From the NCBI GenBank assembly GCA_037481775.1, contig JBBFKZ010000001.1, positions 128,001-192,000 on the forward strand: a DNA stretch of 64,000 nt, written 5' to 3'. Below the pieces are notes generated by a model. It ran no database searches. It saw only the letters and a list, made by a program, of their open reading frames with translations, and was not told the origin of the DNA. The stretch comes from Candidatus Bathyarchaeia archaeon. Its GTDB lineage: Archaea > Thermoproteota > Bathyarchaeia > Bathyarchaeales > Bathycorpusculaceae. Shown here piece after piece: positions 49,536 to 59,119 of this stretch. The translations under genes were made by a program, and so were the position numbers. Position 1 is the first letter of the stretch. Each line of letters begins with the position of its first letter.

Positions 49536-52185
49536 ACTGTTTAAACATGGAAAACGCGGCATAAGCACCGTCATAGTCGTCATGCTAAGCCTAGTCCTCA
49601 TAGTAGTCATAGTTGGCAACGTAGTTCTCTGGAGCTATCAGATGAACCAGTTAGACATGGAAAGAATGCAGGAAACTCTGAGCCTCATTAATGCAACGCG
49701 CATAACCCGTTCCTCATGGAGCATCGCCCAAAGAGAGTACATTACCAGCGCTGGTAGTAAGCTAAGCGGAACGTTCGTAGATACAACTGCTGCCGATAGT
49801 CTCGCTGAAACTTTTAGAGAAGAACTTGAAGGAATTTATAGTTATAATCCTTCGAGTTATACGCTTGGCGGTGCAACAAGCTATGTATTAGGCGATATTT
49901 CAGACCTTGCGTTATCAGATGGAGTATGCATGAATTTCAGAAGTTACATGTCCAGTTCTCCCGCTAACGACAAGACTGACGCCTTCGTCGCTTACAGGGA
50001 TTCTACAACATCACTCAATACACCTAAATGGCGGGTATGGGATGGCGAAAGCTTAACATGGAACTCGCAGAGCGAGTTGCCAACAGCTAACAGCTCTGTC
50101 AGGTGGGTTCGCGTCGCATATTCGCCGCTGGAATCCAGAAGCTATGAAAAAATTGTCGTCACGCTGTCGGATGACGGCTACTTAGATGCTTATGTATGGA
50201 ATGGAGCAGCATGGAATGTTACAAGCAACATTGCCTTTCCCGGCACCTCCGCGAACGCGTATAGATGTTTTGATGTGGCTTACGAAAAAACAAGTGGCAG
50301 AGCACTACTGGTTTACTCAAGAGGCACGACAACAAACGAGATAGGCTACAGAAGATGGACGCCGGAAACAGGCTGGGGCCCTGAGCAACTTCTGGATTTA
50401 CCGTACACGTCAGGCATAGTGCGTTGGATCAGTCTAGCGAGTAGCCCTGGAGCACGTGCAGGAACAAGCGATGATAACGAGATAGCCATGATTTATCTAG
50501 ACGCGAACAACGATGTTCACGGCTACGTCTGGACTGGTTCAGCATGGAGCCTTATGGGTGCAACAGCAATCTGGGATGCCACAGCAGCAACGTCAACACG
50601 CGAGTGCATAGCCGTTGCCTACGAGCAGACCACAGGCGAAGCCATGTTCATCTGGGCGGATTCTGGAAGCAATCGTTTCTACTATAGAACATGGAATGGC
50701 GCAACCTTGAGCGCGGCAACTCTTCTAACTATAACAGCCACAGGAGGCGCTGGTTACTGGGTAACGCTGAAAGCTGATCCCGCATCCGATGACATGCTTT
50801 TCCTCGTAATTGATAGTGGAGCAGACCTCAACACGGCTTACTGGAACGGCAGTACATGGACAGTTCACACAGAACACGACGACACAGTCGACACAAATGC
50901 TAGGCGTTGCGCCGATTTCGCTTGGGAGCCCTCAGGCGGAAAAGGCTTACTAGTATGGGGAACAACCACTGGACAAATAGCATATAAGACGTTCGTTGCG
51001 CCAAACGCATGGGGCACGCAGCAAAACATTGCAATGGGCGGGGCAAGTAACATTCATCCTTGGGTGCAGTTGAGAACTAATCCTCGAAATGTCCCTGACG
51101 ACGTATTGATATTAGGCTTGGTCCTTGAGGGAACCGCTTATGATTTGGGCGCTATAAGCTGGGACGGGGCAACCTTAACCGTTCTAGGCTCAAGCGTTAT
51201 CTCAGCAAACACCACCGTAATTACATATGAGTGCTTCGAGTTGGAGTTCGCTAATTTTGGCGTGCCAACGTTTACGTGCGAAGTGGAGTTTTCAGGAAAA
51301 TCGGATGTCAAAAACTGGACCCAACTTCTCTGGGCAGCAGCTTTATCCTTCACAGTACCAGATGTAACAACAACGTTTCAATTATATAATTATAATTTGG
51401 GTCAGTATCCAACAAGTGGAAGTGGATACATAACCGACACCATCGGGCAAACTACGGTTCCAAAAAACCAGACTATACCAGTTTCCTCAACGGATTTTCG
51501 AGATGCCAACGGGAACTGGAAAATGAAAATAACTGGAACCAAAATCACCTATACGCAGTTTGAAATGCACGTTGACTGGATAGAATTTAAACCGACACTG
51601 TTTGATGTTTACCGCCTTAATGTCGTCAATAATTTTGCAGTGGATTTATCAACTTATCCGCGGGAACACATTCAGGGTTTAGAGTTGCTAATTAAGTATA
51701 AAGTCTCCGAAAGCTCGGAAAGATGGTTCTTAAAAGCGTATAACTGGCGCGCCGCTGCTTTCAGTGATGTAGGCTTCAACGTTACAGCTGGAAGCCAGCC
51801 GATACTTGGTGAATGGACTGAGTACGCTATAGCTGTTACAGACGATTGGGCTGATTACGTAAACGAAGAGGGCCTGGTTCGTGTAGAGCTTTTTGATGAA
51901 GGCACAGGTGCAAATCAGACTGTGTTGGAAATCGACTTCTTTGCAGTAAGAGTCATAATTGATGCCACACGCATAGACGTGAAAAACTCGAGTCCAATAA
52001 GCGTTCGCATCGTAGCAGTTTGGGTCATAAACTCTACAATGCATCAGCGCTACGATGTAGACATGTTGCTTAACGCTGGAGAAGCGGCAACGTATATCCG
52101 CGCGGACATAAAAATGCCGCAAGATACTTTTTTGGCAAAGGTTGTTACAGAAAGGGGCAATGTAGCCGTTTTCTCAAAAGACTAA
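49507..52185 (+). CDS. Giant minor pilin/adhesin with inserted beta-rich domains
   Basis: KRG/ISTV class III signal; C-terminal pilin half VKNSS...VVTERGN; internal W.G..W repeats. Confidence 0.78.
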   Translation: MLQVITRRLKLFKHGKRGISTVIVVMLSLVLIVVIVGNVVLWSYQMNQLDMERMQETLSLINATRITRSSWSIAQREYITSAGSKLSGTFVDTTAADSLAETFREELEGIYSYNPSSYTLGGATSYVLGDISDLALSDGVCMNFRSYMSSSPANDKTDAFVAYRDSTTSLNTPKWRVWDGESLTWNSQSELPTANSSVRWVRVAYSPLESRSYEKIVVTLSDDGYLDAYVWNGAAWNVTSNIAFPGTSANAYRCFDVAYEKTSGRALLVYSRGTTTNEIGYRRWTPETGWGPEQLLDLPYTSGIVRWISLASSPGARAGTSDDNEIAMIYLDANNDVHGYVWTGSAWSLMGATAIWDATAATSTRECIAVAYEQTTGEAMFIWADSGSNRFYYRTWNGATLSAATLLTITATGGAGYWVTLKADPASDDMLFLVIDSGADLNTAYWNGSTWTVHTEHDDTVDTNARRCADFAWEPSGGKGLLVWGTTTGQIAYKTFVAPNAWGTQQNIAMGGASNIHPWVQLRTNPRNVPDDVLILGLVLEGTAYDLGAISWDGATLTVLGSSVISANTTVITYECFELEFANFGVPTFTCEVEFSGKSDVKNWTQLLWAAALSFTVPDVTTTFQLYNYNLGQYPTSGSGYITDTIGQTTVPKNQTIPVSSTDFRDANGNWKMKITGTKITYTQFEMHVDWIEFKPTLFDVYRLNVVNNFAVDLSTYPREHIQGLELLIKYKVSESSERWFLKAYNWRAAAFSDVGFNVTAGSQPILGEWTEYAIAVTDDWADYVNEEGLVRVELFDEGTGANQTVLEIDFFAVRVIIDATRIDVKNSSPISVRIVAVWVINSTMHQRYDVDMLLNAGEAATYIRADIKMPQDTFLAKVVTERGNVAVFSKD

Positions 52186-53165
52186 TCAGCGCCTAGTTTC
52201 TTTTTTAACGAAACTATAGCTTCTTCTTGGTTTTCAGCCTCTATTGAATCGATGTTATACAATTCTGCCATTTTCTTCCCGTTTTCGCTGAGTTTTGGAA
52301 TTGCAATTAAGTAGGCTTTTTCAGGTGAAACATCGAATATCTTGGCAAATAATGCGATAACTGGCTGTTCTGACACAACTTTTTCAGTCGTAGTTGCCAA
52401 ATCAAGCACGATCATTTTCTTTGGCTCGTCGCCTTTGTAGGCAGCTATGTCGAAGGAATGGTTTGCGCCCGATTTGCCTTTGAGAATCGCGGGGCTTTCA
52501 ACCGTTAATCCTTTTTCTACGAGAGTTTCTCGTATTGTAGCAATCGCAAACCAGTTCAAGAAGGATTCTGCTTTGATATTCTCTGTTATTTTGTACGCGT
52601 ACACGTCTCTGATGACACATTCTTCAAATGTGGAATTTGTATGGCAGTTCCTGCAGAAATTGATGGTTACGGGAATGTCAAAGCTTTTACCGCACTCGTT
52701 GCACGTGCACCAGATTCCTGCTTTTCTATAATCAACATCAATTTTTCTCAGCGGTTCACGACATTTCGGGCAGACATATTTGTCTCCTTCAAGAAAGTTC
52801 TCCTCTACGTCCATGTAGCCGCATTTTATGTGCTCTATCAACGCGCTTTTTTGAATATTAATTGATTTACAGAAGGGGCAACAGTAACGAACAGAAATGT
52901 TTGCGGAATCACATTTTGGGCAAAAAATGACTTTGTCATAAAGCTTCCTTTCCAAGATACCTGTAGCGTAAAGCTTGTTTAAGAAAGGCAAGACCTGCGC
53001 CTGGTCACCTACAATGTCCTCCACTACTGGGTATTTATAACCGGCTTTTGGATCGTAAACAGGTTCAAGGCTTTCAAATTTTCCGCTCAGAAATTTGCTT
53101 AACAAAACTTGTACATTCCGATCCTTATAGAGTGTAGGCGTCTCTTTTTTTTCAGTATTTTGCAT
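52182..53165 (-). CDS. Multi-Zn-ribbon (TackOD1-like) protein with a PD-(D/E)xK-like C terminus
   Basis: CPKC, CPFC, HIKCG, CPKC, CNEC, CRNC; GKSGANHSFDI. Confidence 0.7.
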   Translation of the reverse strand: MQNTEKKETPTLYKDRNVQVLLSKFLSGKFESLEPVYDPKAGYKYPVVEDIVGDQAQVLPFLNKLYATGILERKLYDKVIFCPKCDSANISVRYCCPFCKSINIQKSALIEHIKCGYMDVEENFLEGDKYVCPKCREPLRKIDVDYRKAGIWCTCNECGKSFDIPVTINFCRNCHTNSTFEECVIRDVYAYKITENIKAESFLNWFAIATIRETLVEKGLTVESPAILKGKSGANHSFDIAAYKGDEPKKMIVLDLATTTEKVVSEQPVIALFAKIFDVSPEKAYLIAIPKLSENGKKMAELYNIDSIEAENQEEAIVSLKKKLGAD

Positions 53166-53443
53166 TTTATTCGATCTCTTCTGATGAACCCTTTGTTTAG
53201 CCTAAATTAATTACTCAGTGTTTTATATTTTGTTGAATTTGCAAATATTACTTTTACGCATGCCGTCCTTCTTAGTTTTGAGTTAAACGTTTCAGCTCAT
53301 TTTGAAGTATGAACGATTTTTTGGAGAAAACGGTTTGTATCTTCAACCTGCAGCTTATCAGAAGCGCTATTGCGCTTATGAGTCAGCTTTTTTAACGCGA
53401 AACCCGTATTCACACTGTGCACGTACATGGAGAAGGTAGCTGA

Positions 53444-54325
53444 ATGACAGATTACCCTCGTTTTGGCCCAGCGGGAATTCCGCCTCTCTTCAAAATTCTA
53501 GGTGCAGAATTGGCTGATGTTCCAAGACTTTTACGGGAAGAAGGGCTAGACGCTTTTGAGTATCAGGCAGTCCGCTGGGGGCAAACTCCTCAACTTAGGC
53601 GGGAGGATGCTGAGGCGCTCGGTGCTGAGGCAAGAAAGAATAATGTTTTGCTTAGTGTTCACGGTTCCTATTATGTTAATCTCTGTGGTAAAAAAGAGGT
53701 TGTGGAAGCAAGCAAAAGGCGCTTAATCGCCTGCGCAACTGCGGCGCAGTGGATGGGCGCTTACATTTTGGTTTTTCACCCCGGGTTTTATGGGCGCATG
53801 GAAAAAAGCTACGCTTTTAAAACCTGCGTCGAGGCATTGAAGGATACTGTTTCAGCTCTGAATGGTATGGGGGTTACCGTGAAGTTAGGTCCTGAAACCA
53901 TGGGGCGAGTTTTCCAAGTAGGCACATTGGAAGAAATCTTGGCTATTTGCGAAGAAGTTGAACAGACCCTGCCTGTTATTGACTGGTCGCATCTATACGC
54001 TCGACATCAAGGGGGCTTCCGAAAAACAGATGATTTCCGCGCTATAGTTGAAGAAGTTGAAAAAAGATTAGGGCCTGAGGCGGCGAGAAGCATGCACTGT
54101 CACTTCAGCAGAATTGAGTACACGGCCAAGGGTGAAAGGCGCCACCATGTACTAGACGAGAAAAGGTATGGCCCAGACTTCGAGATGCTGGCAGAGGTTA
54201 TAGCTGAATTTAAAATGCGCCCTGTCGTCATATGCGAAACGCCGCTTTTAGATGTAGACGCAATGAAAATGCGCGCAATCTTTAGAAGCATTGTGGAAAA
54301 TAGTGAAGGCGCTGGCAAGTCATGA
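53444..54325 (+). CDS. nfo: Endonuclease IV-like AP endonuclease
   Basis: FGPAG, HGSYYVNL, FHPG, PETMG, IDWSH, HCHFS, RRH. Confidence 0.85.
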   Translation: MTDYPRFGPAGIPPLFKILGAELADVPRLLREEGLDAFEYQAVRWGQTPQLRREDAEALGAEARKNNVLLSVHGSYYVNLCGKKEVVEASKRRLIACATAAQWMGAYILVFHPGFYGRMEKSYAFKTCVEALKDTVSALNGMGVTVKLGPETMGRVFQVGTLEEILAICEEVEQTLPVIDWSHLYARHQGGFRKTDDFRAIVEEVEKRLGPEAARSMHCHFSRIEYTAKGERRHHVLDEKRYGPDFEMLAEVIAEFKMRPVVICETPLLDVDAMKMRAIFRSIVENSEGAGKS

Positions 54326-54441
54326 ATGAAATATGCAGCAAGAGGCTACAGTTGGGATTCTTAGTTAGCGGGAAGTCAGCTACTTATGGGAGAAGCTTGA
54401 ATCGCGCGGGGTATAAGCTTGTATGGGAAATAATTTTGTTG

Positions 54442-57138
54442 TTAACTTAGGAAACTTTCCAGTTTAGTTAGTCCGATGATTTCGTCGAAGCTTAAGCCCA
54501 GCGCATCCAGCACTTGCTCAAAAGTTGACTGTAAGTATGCAATATATTTGTCCACGTCAACTTCATTGTTTGTCGCAAGCTCTACTGGTTTTACATGAGG
54601 CTCCCTAACGGTTTTGACGAAACTAATCAAATCGCCTGCTCGGATTTCTATACCGTTCTTTTCCAAAATCTTGGCAGCTTTAACGTGCTGTGGCGTGGTT
54701 TTCGTGTAGCGGTAAAGCTCTTCACCTAAAACAACATGAAAGGCAAGTTCGCTGAGGCTTTCCCATTCTCTTCGCTTCAGCCGCATGTAACGCTCACGTA
54801 CAATGTTGGCTATGTCCTTCTTCGCCTTTTCGAAGTCCGCCGGCGTCTTAACCTGCGCAAGCCGCTCTTTCATCTGGTTAAACGCGTTTTTTATGTAGAT
54901 GGGTATGTGCTTTTTCTTTCCTGTAAGCCCCTTAACGTCTACAGTGCCGTCTTCCAAAACACCCAGATAATTCTTTTTGCGGCTGCTGAAAACTGCGTAT
55001 CTGTAAACTTTATCCACGTCTATATTCATTTTTAGCGCTTGCTCGGTCCAACGAGCTAGCTCGGCAATTTGCTCCTTAGTGGGGTTCTTAAGGAAAAGGC
55101 TATCCGTGTCCCCGTAAAGCACCTGTATACCTAACTCGCCGGCTTTGTTGAGTATTTGCGTTATAGCATGGCGGCCTATGGCTGCAGTGGCTTCCGCTAC
55201 TGGCGGGCAATACAAATCGAAGCTGGCGGCTCCGAAAACTCCGTAGCTGGCGTTCAAGATAACTTTTAATGCGCCTTGGGTGATGCCATACCAGCTTCGC
55301 AGCTCAGCAGGCAAGCTTTTGTCTTTGGCTTTTAGTTTGTACCAGCGTACACGTAAATCTCTCAATGAGCCAATAAGCAGGCTTTCTAAGGCTCGTTTTC
55401 TGGTGCAAACCCAATGCGGCGTGCCAGGTATCACATTTTGGCGGCATTCCGAATGTGGACAGAGGATTGACTGGTAGCCGAGGTTCCAAACCTTAATTAT
55501 TGAAGGATATAGGCTTGGAAAGTCCATGACGGCGACGTTGAAGTGGACGCCGGGCACGGGTTCGACGACTATGGCGCCTTTGTATTTTTTGCCTTTGATG
55601 ATGGCGGTGGTTGCGGTTTTGCCTTTCTTCGCAAGTATGTCTTCAGCGTTGGGAATCAGCATGTTGCGTCTGCGGTGCTCTCGGTGCATGAAGTTGCGTA
55701 TCCAGCGGCTTACTCCCTGGCGGCTTACGTCTTCCATGGGCATGCTGCTTATTCGCGCGAGAACGAGGATTAGCTTCATGGCTAGCTCGTCTTCGACGCT
55801 GGTCAGTTTGAAAGTGATTTCTGAGTCTCTGAGGCAGTATTGCGCCAGTTCGGAGTAAGTTAGTTCTCCGAAGCTTTTTTCCAGCCGAATTTTTTCCACG
55901 CCTATTATGGCTTTGCCCACGTCATCAAGTGTCACGTCTCGATAACGATTGTTGTAGGCGTAGATTTGAATTGACCTGTTGAAGAAGAACTTGTATAAAT
56001 CAATGTGCACGCCATATTTCAGTAAACAGACGCGCTTACCAACCTCTATGGGAATCTCGCTCTTTTTAATACCTAGATTCAGCGCGCGGTGAGCAAGATA
56101 GCGTAGGTCAAAATCGTCGCCATTGAAAGTTAAAATGAACGGGTATTCCCATAGCACTTCAAAGACCGCTCTGAGCAGTTCTTCTTCCTTATCAAAATAT
56201 TCCAGAGAAACGTCCGCAGGCAAGTGTTCTTTTCCCTCACGGACACCTTCGCGTCTTAGAAGAAGCACTCTTTTTTTATTGTCTGAGCTGTATACGGAAA
56301 CACAGATGATTTTATATTCAGCCTTGCGCGGGTCTGGCACTCTCGTGGAGACAGGCGCGTAAACCTCTATGTCAATGGCTGCTCTGCGAAATTTAGGCGC
56401 AGGATACTCCAGCAGCCTCGCCCAACTTTCAACGTATTCAAGTTCTTCAGCTGACTCCTCTTTGAAAATGGCCTTTATCTGCTCAAGAGTTTCTTCAGTC
56501 TTCTCCAAGGTTACAGGAACAAGGTTGCCGTTTTTGACTTCATAGATCATTCCTGGAAAAAGCTGTCTATCATAAATGTAGCATTGGTAGTACTTTATTC
56601 GTGCCTCCCAAACCTTTGCTTCTTCATTATTCACCATTCCTTCAGATATTTTCGGGAAATCCTCCGGTATTATGTCTCTTATAGTGCCTTGTGGGCGGCC
56701 ACCTATAGCTAAAGGATCATTTGCAACAATTTTTGTTACCTGCACTTTCCTATCGAGAAGGGGATCGAACTTTTCTTCAAGAACAAAACGGTCAAAACCC
56801 TCATGCTTCACTAGTCGATCAATCTTCTCCAGCTCGTATTGTGAAAGGTTGGTGAAACAATAAGGCTTATGCCCAGTGTTATCATACCAGAAATAAATTT
56901 TTTCCGAGATAGGCTCATAGAGTTTAATCACCGCTTTCCTTGACTGCCCATCGTAGGCTGCTGAAACAAAATATGACGGCGGCAGGTTCTCTGGTGCTAC
57001 AGGAGGAAAAGCAAGTTTTGCTGCCTTTTTCGCGTCAGCAGGCGTCGCTTCAGTGCTGAACGCAACAGCTTTTGGCGCAGCTTCGTTGGGAGATTTCTTC
57101 TCCACCTGTGAATAGTCCAGTAAACTTCTCTGTGCCAT
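54442..57138 (-). CDS. polB1: Family B DNA polymerase (PolB1)
   Basis: ExoI DIEV, FNGDDFD, DFPSLYPS, KVILNASYG, YGDTDS, KKNY; WYDNTGHKPY N terminus. Confidence 0.95.
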   Translation of the reverse strand: MAQRSLLDYSQVEKKSPNEAAPKAVAFSTEATPADAKKAAKLAFPPVAPENLPPSYFVSAAYDGQSRKAVIKLYEPISEKIYFWYDNTGHKPYCFTNLSQYELEKIDRLVKHEGFDRFVLEEKFDPLLDRKVQVTKIVANDPLAIGGRPQGTIRDIIPEDFPKISEGMVNNEEAKVWEARIKYYQCYIYDRQLFPGMIYEVKNGNLVPVTLEKTEETLEQIKAIFKEESAEELEYVESWARLLEYPAPKFRRAAIDIEVYAPVSTRVPDPRKAEYKIICVSVYSSDNKKRVLLLRREGVREGKEHLPADVSLEYFDKEEELLRAVFEVLWEYPFILTFNGDDFDLRYLAHRALNLGIKKSEIPIEVGKRVCLLKYGVHIDLYKFFFNRSIQIYAYNNRYRDVTLDDVGKAIIGVEKIRLEKSFGELTYSELAQYCLRDSEITFKLTSVEDELAMKLILVLARISSMPMEDVSRQGVSRWIRNFMHREHRRRNMLIPNAEDILAKKGKTATTAIIKGKKYKGAIVVEPVPGVHFNVAVMDFPSLYPSIIKVWNLGYQSILCPHSECRQNVIPGTPHWVCTRKRALESLLIGSLRDLRVRWYKLKAKDKSLPAELRSWYGITQGALKVILNASYGVFGAASFDLYCPPVAEATAAIGRHAITQILNKAGELGIQVLYGDTDSLFLKNPTKEQIAELARWTEQALKMNIDVDKVYRYAVFSSRKKNYLGVLEDGTVDVKGLTGKKKHIPIYIKNAFNQMKERLAQVKTPADFEKAKKDIANIVRERYMRLKRREWESLSELAFHVVLGEELYRYTKTTPQHVKAAKILEKNGIEIRAGDLISFVKTVREPHVKPVELATNNEVDVDKYIAYLQSTFEQVLDALGLSFDEIIGLTKLESFLS

Positions 57139-57258
57139 CCCGATTCTCGTCCCTAGCCTACACTTATAGGCTAGCGCAGACTAAAATCTTTACCGACCAC
57201 GCGCAGCGGAGTTACGCTACTTCAGAATGCAACTATTTGCTTGAAATAGATAATAAGA

Positions 57259-57315
57259 CGATAGCCCCTCTATAGGTTTCTGCATTGAATTGCTAATATG
57301 CGCCAAATATGACGG
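57259..57315 (-). repeat. Dispersed ~55-bp intergenic element, copy 4
   Basis: CGATAGCCCCTCTATAGGTTTCTGCATTGAATTGCTAATATGCGCCAAATATGACGG. Confidence 0.95.
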
Positions 57316-57361
57316 GTGCTGCCGAGAAGCGCATGTGCAAAAACATATCTTACGTATTTCA

Positions 57362-57760
57362 CTATGCTGTTTGAGCCATTTGTTGCTCTTTTTTACTTTC
57401 TGCGGGTTTTTGTGGTTTTTCAATGATTTTCGCGTTTATCTGCACGATTTCGTCGGTTATTATGTTTCCTCGTACGGTTTTTCGTTTTCGTTCTCCTTCT
57501 TTTTTAGGGTTAAAGCCTGTTCCGCCGCTCAGTATGACTTTTCGGCGGCCGCCGCCGTGCACGTTTGCCCTCATGGGTATTCCGTCTTTGTCTGAGCCGC
57601 CTGTGATCTGTAGCTTGTGCGCTGGTAAATCCACTATGGAGCCGTCTACTACCTCGCCGATTTTTCTTCCAATGAGTGGTGCTGCACGTGTTTCTTCAAG
57701 CTCAACTACCTTTGAAGTTCCCGTCTCCGGGTCAGATACTATTACCTTGAATTTAGCCAT
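57362..57760 (-). CDS. rps6e: 30S ribosomal protein S6e
   Basis: FKVIVSDP, ITGGSDKDGIPM, GERKRKTVRGN. Confidence 0.96.
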   Translation of the reverse strand: MAKFKVIVSDPETGTSKVVELEETRAAPLIGRKIGEVVDGSIVDLPAHKLQITGGSDKDGIPMRANVHGGGRRKVILSGGTGFNPKKEGERKRKTVRGNIITDEIVQINAKIIEKPQKPAESKKEQQMAQTA

Positions 57761-57902
57761 GTGTCACTTTACTCTCCAGCGAAGTATGAAGTTAAGTATC
57801 TCTCTATTAAGGATTTATGGCGAATATGCCGCTGTTCAAGCCGTAAAAGTGCTTTTCTCTGGCATAAACATTTTAATCCAACCCTAGAGAAGTCTTGCTG
57901 TT

Positions 57903-59096
57903 ATGTGGCGGTTGGGCTTCTTCTTCCACGAAATTGCGTTCGGCTTGCTTTCGATATTTATCCCTCTGTATGTAGTAACACCAGCTGTTGGTGGTTCACT
58001 AGTTGACCTAGGCATAATGACTTCCTTAGCACTGCTTTCGGCTATACCTGCCTCCTTCTTCTGGGGTTACATCTGCGACAGAACCAGACATTATAAGCTC
58101 TACATTCTTCTGTCGTTTATTTCACTGGCTGTTATACTTTACCTTCTGACCTTCGCCACAGACGTTCGCACGTTCACTTTTCTTTACGTAGTAATGGCTG
58201 TCCTTCACGTCGCCCATGAAGCACCAAAAAACGTTCTGATAGCCGAGCACTACCCAAGGGAAGATTGGGGGAAATCCTATGCCCTTTATGAGGGCTTTAC
58301 GGAGATCGGTTCACTAATTGGCTTGCTAATAGGCTTGTTTACGTTCACAGCTGCTTTAACCCCCCCTCTCATCTTGTTTCTGTGCAGCGGCTTAAACTTG
58401 GCAGCTTTTATTTTATCCATCTTCTTAGTGGCGGATCCGCTTATAATCTTCGAAAGAAGACTGGTCAGCATAGAAAAAAAGATTGACTACACCTACAACG
58501 GCTCGCGGATCTTTGCTAAGCTTTCGGATGGATTATCTCTTCGTGAAAAGTTCAAAAGCGAAAACTTCAAGGTATTTAGCGCTGGCTTGGTTCTTTTTTC
58601 TCTGGCTTCCAGCTTATTCTTCACGCCGCTGCCAATATTCTTCTCCAAAGCGCTTGACTTACCCGAGAACATGGTATTCCTGATTTACGTGCTAAATTCC
58701 AGCGGCGTCATGTTCGGTTACTTTTTGGCAGGAAAAAAAGCGGCTTCTCCAAATGCAAAATTGCATGTTCAGCGGCTTGCGCTTCTTCGAGGCACATTAG
58801 TTCTCGCATTGGTCTTCATAGTCAATTTGGCTTTCTCGCCGACGCCTTTGGCCTCCGTAATCTTGATTTTCATGGGTTTCGCATACGCTTTTTATCATAT
58901 TCTAACGCTTTCGCTGTCTATGGAGTTGATTCCCGCTGGAAAAGCAGGTTTGTTTGATGTGCTTGTGGGCTTAGGCTCCTCTTTAGGCTCTTTTCTAGGT
59001 CCTTTCTTGGCTGAAACCTTTGGTTTTCTGCTTCAGTTCATGATTGCAAGCGCCATATTCTTTATGGCTTATGTGTTTTTCAAACTTTTTTACTGA
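57903..59096 (+). CDS. MFS transporter
   Basis: About 12 TM segments; WGYICDRT motif A. Confidence 0.85.
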   Translation: MWRLGFFFHEIAFGLLSIFIPLYVVTPAVGGSLVDLGIMTSLALLSAIPASFFWGYICDRTRHYKLYILLSFISLAVILYLLTFATDVRTFTFLYVVMAVLHVAHEAPKNVLIAEHYPREDWGKSYALYEGFTEIGSLIGLLIGLFTFTAALTPPLILFLCSGLNLAAFILSIFLVADPLIIFERRLVSIEKKIDYTYNGSRIFAKLSDGLSLREKFKSENFKVFSAGLVLFSLASSLFFTPLPIFFSKALDLPENMVFLIYVLNSSGVMFGYFLAGKKAASPNAKLHVQRLALLRGTLVLALVFIVNLAFSPTPLASVILIFMGFAYAFYHILTLSLSMELIPAGKAGLFDVLVGLGSSLGSFLGPFLAETFGFLLQFMIASAIFFMAYVFFKLFY

Positions 59097-59119
59097 AAAA
59101 AAGAAAAGAGAAATGAGAA

